Shown: in pieces, positions 58,783-64,000 of the stretch | Layout: every line of letters starts with the position of its first letter | Position numbering within the stretch: the stretch's first letter is position 1 | Assembly (NCBI GenBank): GCA_964016885.1 | Contig: OZ024757.1 | Coordinates: 4,340,001-4,404,000 of the forward strand | DNA: 64,000 bases | DNA from: Eledone cirrhosa | Taxonomy: Eukaryota | Direction: 5' to 3' | Made by a program: the position numbers and the translations under genes | The notes under the pieces: generated by a model | The model's input: only the letters and a program-made list of their open reading frames with translations | Told to the model about the DNA's origin: nothing | Database searches by the model: none

Positions 58783-59372
58783 TATTTCTTTATTAGCCAC
58801 AGGGGCACAAAAGAAGGGGACAAATACAAAGGGGGAAGTTTACATACAATAAAAACGTGTAAAATGTTATCACAGATGGAATTTAAAAGTTAGTCGATTT
58901 TCCCCAATAGAGGGAGACAGTTTATATGGGTAACACAGACCCCCGAAAAAAATGTGCAACCCTCATCTCCAGGAGTACGAAGAGCTTGTACTCCCTTCCT
59001 CTCCTCCTCCTTTTCCTCAACCTACAGGCTGATATAGAGAGAAGGCCCATTCACTCGGGCCATTCTCGCCACTTTCACCCACCTTTCATAAAACTTGCTG
59101 GGGTACAGCACCTCTCTCTCCATCCTGATTCTTCTTCCAAAGTGGTATTTGAAAAAAAGAATCAGTTGTTGGCCGGAGAGAAAGGTGTCTGACCTCAGCC
59201 CTTTCAACCTTGTCCACCATACAACCTCTTTCGCCATAGCTATCACACAAAGGAAAACCGCCTCTCCTTCGTTTTTGAAGGAGGGTGGCGGTTTGATCAT
59301 GACAATGGACTCGGTGGTCAACTGGATTGGTCCCACCCGCGACAATAGTCGTTCCACATAGCCCCACAGGTC

Positions 59373-59373
<1 letters not shown>
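58783..59373 (-). mobile_element. Tx1/L1-clade LINE 3' fragment C
   Basis: The ORF2 C-terminus DLWGYVERLLSRVG..RVNGPSLYISL closely matches element B. (GATA)n on both sides. Confidence 0.92.
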
Positions 59374-59431
<58 letters not shown>

Positions 59432-59433
<2 letters not shown>

Positions 59434-62400
59434 TTATTTGTCACAGGGGTGTACAAAAATGGGATATTACAAGACGTAACGGCGGGGGTTTTACATAAAA
59501 ATAACTTTAACATTAATAAATAACAAACTATATATAATAAAATAACAATTGAAATCCCCAGTAGGAGGAGGGGGCGTTACTGCAGGGTTGTTTTATACCC
59601 CGTGGATAGAACAACCCTCAACACCAGGAACACGTTTTGTGGGTGTTCCTGTCTTCCCTCTGTTTATCTTCCTCGACCTACAGGTTTATATACAGAGAAG
59701 GCCCATTCACTCGGGCCATTTTTGCCACATTTACCCACCTTTCAGCGAATTTACTGAGATGTAGCACCTCTCTCTCTCTCCACTCTCACCTTCTTTCTGA
59801 AGTGATACTTAAAGAAGGGGATAAGTTGTTGTCCGGGGAGAAGGTGTTTGCCCTCAGTCCTGTTAACCTCGTCCTCCATATTACCTCTTTCGCCATAGCC
59901 ACCAGACAAAGGAAAACCGCCCCTCCTTCAGTCTTAAATGAAGGCGGCGGAGTGATCATCACGATGGACTCGGCTGACAACTGGATGCGTCCTACACGTG
60001 ATAGCAGCTGTTCGACATCATTCCACAGGTCGGTCACCCTGGGCACTGAACAATTGCGTGCAGAGCGGTTTCGATGTCCTGCTCGCATATTGGACAGGTT
60101 CTTTTGGCAGGATCTATGCCAGGGCGTCCCTGCCTGTAAATTTTGTCTGTAACTGGTAGAGCTCCTCGGTAGCACTGCCAGGCAGAGACCTCTGGAAGTT
60201 ATCCATAGGCCCCGGACGAAAAGTCCTCCCGAACAGACTGGTCAGTTCGTCCTCCTCGATGCCTAGAGTTTCCCCGAGAACGTTGTCGCACTTATCCTCC
60301 ACTAATCCCCTATAGAATGTCAAAGTGGAGTCTCCGCTGATTGCCGTTTCCGCTTGGTAGAGGGCTGTGAGCGCCTATAGGCACTCGAGGTGCCAGGCAC
60401 CCATTTTCGGTCTTCGCTTGACCCAGGACTGCAGCTCTGTTAGTGAGACGAGTTGTGGAAGAGCTTGTCTCACAAACGACAGCCACACCGGTTCACCGGT
60501 CAGGAATACCTGGAGATTGCGTAGCCTCAGCACATGTTTGCGCATCATCAGCCACGGCATGCCCAGCGCTCTGTTAGAAGGGTGTTGACAGCAGATGGAT
60601 CTCCTCACCAATGGTGCCTGTTTCTTCCAGAGAAACTTGAAGAGTAACCGTTCCATTTTGGTAAGGTATTCGCGGTGGCAATGCACGACTGTTAAGCGGT
60701 AGTAGATGATGGACGCTATGTATGTGTTCGCCACCTCCGCTCGACCTTTTAAGGATAGGTTGCACTCTGCCTACTTCTGGGTGAGCGCAAATAATTTGGC
60801 CGTGACCTCGTTCCAGTTTTTCTCCACCTGGAGGTCCCGACCGAACCAGACCCCGAGCAATTTCACCGGTCCGTCCGTCCAGCGTCCGACAGACGCCGTG
60901 GGACGGCATCGGTTTGCCTCTCCACATTCCGAGTTGCAAATCGACAGACTTGTCCGGGTTCAGTTTTACTACCGTGAGCCTTTCGTATTATTGCAGTAAG
61001 TTGCCTATCGTCCCGATTTCCGAGGTTTACGACACCATTACTGTCACGTCGTCGGCATAAGCCGACGCCGCTTTCCGCAGTCCCGGTTCCAACGGGATGC
61101 CCTGCAGCAGCTCCAACTTCCGCAGTAGTGGCTCTAGAGTCAGTATGTACAGAATGGAGGAGAGAGGGCATCCCTGTCGGATGGAACGCGTGATTGCGTA
61201 CGGCTCCAATAGGTGGCCGTTCACCTTGACCATCTAGCAGATGTTGGTGTGCATTGCGGCGATCCAGCCCCTGAAGACGGGTCCGGTCGCCTTGAGAACC
61301 GCTTCCAAGAATCGATAGTTAAGCCTATCGAACGCCTTAGACTGATCTAAATTGATCAGAGCCCCACCGAAGCCTGGTTTACACCCCAGTCTCTCTATGA
61401 TGTATCGCATGAGGTGGAGGTTGTCGTGTATGGACCTGGTCGGGATTGCACACGTTTGCGCTTTCCCTACCATGTTCTCGACGACAAGCGCCAGCCTTGT
61501 TGCCAACACCTTGGCCAAAATCTTTAACTCTGTGTTGAGCAGAGTTGTGGGCCTAAAGTTGCTTAGTTCGTCCCCTTTGTTCTCGTCTTTCCTGATCAGC
61601 GTTACTACGCCCCTGCCTGCAGAACTGGGAATCCTCCCATTCTGCTGCCAGTTGCAGTAGACGGCCTCGAGGACGCTAGAGAACAAGTCCGGCATGCCTA
61701 TGTAAAACTCATAGGGTAGACCATCTAGACCGGGTGATTTGCGTTTCCCGCAGCTGCCCAGAACGTACCGTATCTCAGTGACTGTGATAGGTCTTTCGGA
61801 GAACTCGGTGTCCATGCTCGAGAGACGCGGCAGGCCGTTGAGGTATGAACCGAAGTCCATTGCCCCGTTCGACGTACCGCCACTCTGCTCGAACAGTTCC
61901 GCAAAGTGACGCTGAAAGGACGCACACATCCGCTTTGGGTCAAGTAGCACGCGTCCGTTTTAGTCTTTCAAAGACCGAATCGTGGACTTGTTGCCTCTGC
62001 CACTCGGGCCCAGCTAATAGCTTTCGCTCCCTCGTTTCCTAGAGCATGTGATTTACTTCTGACCACGCAGCCTTCGTGTTTCGAAGAACTGGTCCAGTGC
62101 TGTTTAGGTTGCTAGCACTCTAGCTACGTTGCCACTCCTAAGCGCCTCCTCTACCTTGGCTACTAGTTCCATTTCTGCTAAAGTCTATCGACTCTACTCT
62201 AATTGCTTTCTTGAGGGAGTAACACCATCTGTTGTTGACGATGGCTCCCGTCAATTGTTGCTTAACTAATCTACTTATCCGTTCACTGTAGGCTTTACGT
62301 CTCTGTAGCGACATGTTCAGCTTCCGGTATCCGGGTCCTTGTCTATCCATTCTATCATGGTTGACTATGCAGATGACTAGTTTGTGGTCTGAATAGGCAA

Positions 62401-63780
62401 CCATGTGCATTTGTAGACAGCTTAACATCTTCTTGTCTCTCTCTAATAAAGAACCTGTCTAAATACGATCTGATGTCCCACTGAGGTTTGTCTACGTCCA
62501 CTGTGGTGCAGTCGGGAAATCTAGTCCATACTTATCGGCCAGTTGGAATTGGCCAATTACATTTTTGAGGCTGTTGCACCCACCTCTACTGGGACATGAT
62601 CCTACGTAGTCCCATCGTGCGTCTAGGATACCATTCCAGTCCCCCACTAAAAGCAAGGAGCGAGACGTTCACAGAAAAGACTCTAGACGCTTAAAGAAGT
62701 CTGGCCGCGATTGCCCAGTCGAGGCATAAACGGCCACCAGTCTGAAGGCTCCACCTCCAACACTGTTCACATCTAGGACTACCAGTCTACCATCCGGGTC
62801 CAAGTGCTGTACTTCGACGTTCAGGTTTTTCCGAAACATGACAGCCAAGGTTTTTCCGAAACATGACAGCCACTCCCCTCCATCTCCTGGCTGACAGAGA
62901 GATGCGTAGATCTCAAAGTCATTGAAGATGGGGAATAGTTGCTGCCTATTGTGGATCCTGGACTCGGTGATGGCTATCACATCCATACCGTGTGACCTAA
63001 GGTCGTTTAAAAGTTGGCCCTGTTTCCAGGGCATCCATAGGCCACGCACATTCACGCTTTCAACTCGTAAATTAGCCATGTTGGTGGAGAAGAGTTGGCG
63101 AAAAAGGACGAAAAGATGCACTTACCTTTTCGTTTACTGGAGATCGGGTTGTTCAATCTCCATTTGGGTGCTGGTGGGGGTGTTGAGTGGGGTGGGGAAA
63201 CATTTTAATAGGACGCGGTTAATGGGCTTTTGACAGGGGTTGCCAACGTCCTGCGAAAATTGTTCTTTTAATTCTTGATAGGTTTCTATTGAAACCCTTA
63301 TGAGTTTTAGGTGTGATTGAGAGTCTGCTTTGACAAAGGTTTTCCCCTCAGTTTCTACTTTGGGGTCTTGGGAGATGACCTCCATTAGGTTTTTGTTGTT
63401 TGTATGAATATGTGTATTGTTTGTTTGCTTTTTTGTGTTGTTTTGGTTTGGTGTTCATTTTGTAATTTTATTTTATGGTGGGTATTTGTGTTTGGGGTGG
63501 TGTTTGTGTTTGTTTTTCTGGTAGGGGGAGGGGTGATTGTGGTAGCGTTTGTGTTGTTGTTTGTGTTGGTGGTTGTGTGTTCGTGTTGGTGATTGTTGTT
63601 TTTGTGGATTTGCGGTGTCTCTGTTTTTTGTTTTTTTGATTTCCGAGACTCTCCTTCACCTTCACTTGGGGATGGAGAAGTAGTAGCCTCGTCTGATGAT
63701 GAATCGTCATCAGGGGCGTGTGGGAGGGGTATGTTGTGTGGTGATGGTGTGTTTGTGTGTGTGATTGTGATAGTGTTGGA
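59432..63780 (-). mobile_element. Tx1/L1-clade LINE D, 5'-truncated within ORF1, with frameshifted ORF2
   Basis: ORF2 ATG at 63079 leads to VNVRGL, SDHK, KSPGLDGLP, LDQSKAFD, RQGCPLS and AYADD. The 3' end abuts (GATA)n and the 5' end abuts ggatggatag. Confidence 0.93.
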
Positions 63781-63785
63781 TGGAT

Positions 63786-63975
63786 AGGCGAATTGGCAGA
63801 GTCGTTAGAACGTCATAGAATGCTTTGTGGTATTCATTCCGGCTCTCTGCTCTCTGAGTTCAAATCCCTCCGAGGTCAACTTTGCCTTTCATCCTTTCAA
63901 GGTTAATAGAAAAAGTACCAGTCAAGTACTGGCAACAATTCTTCCTCTCTTTGGAAGAAATTTGCTGGAGAGGGA
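63786..63975 (+). mobile_element. Older subfamily copy of the tRNA-derived SINE
   Basis: tggcagagtcgttaga..gagttcaaatccc..gaggtcaactttgcctttcatcc..agtaccagt. Confidence 0.85.
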
Positions 63976-64000
63976 TGAGCTCCACCAGGCTTTATAACGC

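Noticed and set aside
42286-63233. Plus-strand ORFs overlapping the LTR element and LINEs (e.g. 43361-43990, 54976-55284, 61352-61660)
   Set aside because: They are antisense shadows of the minus-strand coding frames with no independent motifs.

Overview
This is AT-rich eukaryotic DNA saturated with microsatellites and transposable elements. I can support no host gene, RNA gene or CRISPR array. The tRNA-headed SINE resembles the one I recall from octopod cephalopods, which is an inference. Penelope-like retroelements (PLEs) dominate: one near-intact RT-GIY-YIG frame (1712-4231), Neptune-type and Hydra-type remnants, and about 20 short non-coding pLTR/retrozyme-like insertions in (TA)n arranged as tandem or fold-back copies. 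By eye these carry more than 20 type I hammerhead ribozyme (HHR) motifs, several with unusually long stem II insertions, plus a shared YGAGTRCY tail motif. The window also holds a Ty3/gypsy LTR element whose primer-binding position matches the 5' end of tRNA-Phe rather than a tRNA 3' end. Other contents are four Tx1/L1-clade LINEs stacked in (GATA)n, head-to-tail non-autonomous Helitrons, a deleted mariner, an RTE-like fragment with twin-priming geometry, an RLE-LINE fragment and several SINEs. All folds and alignments were done by eye and boundaries are approximate.
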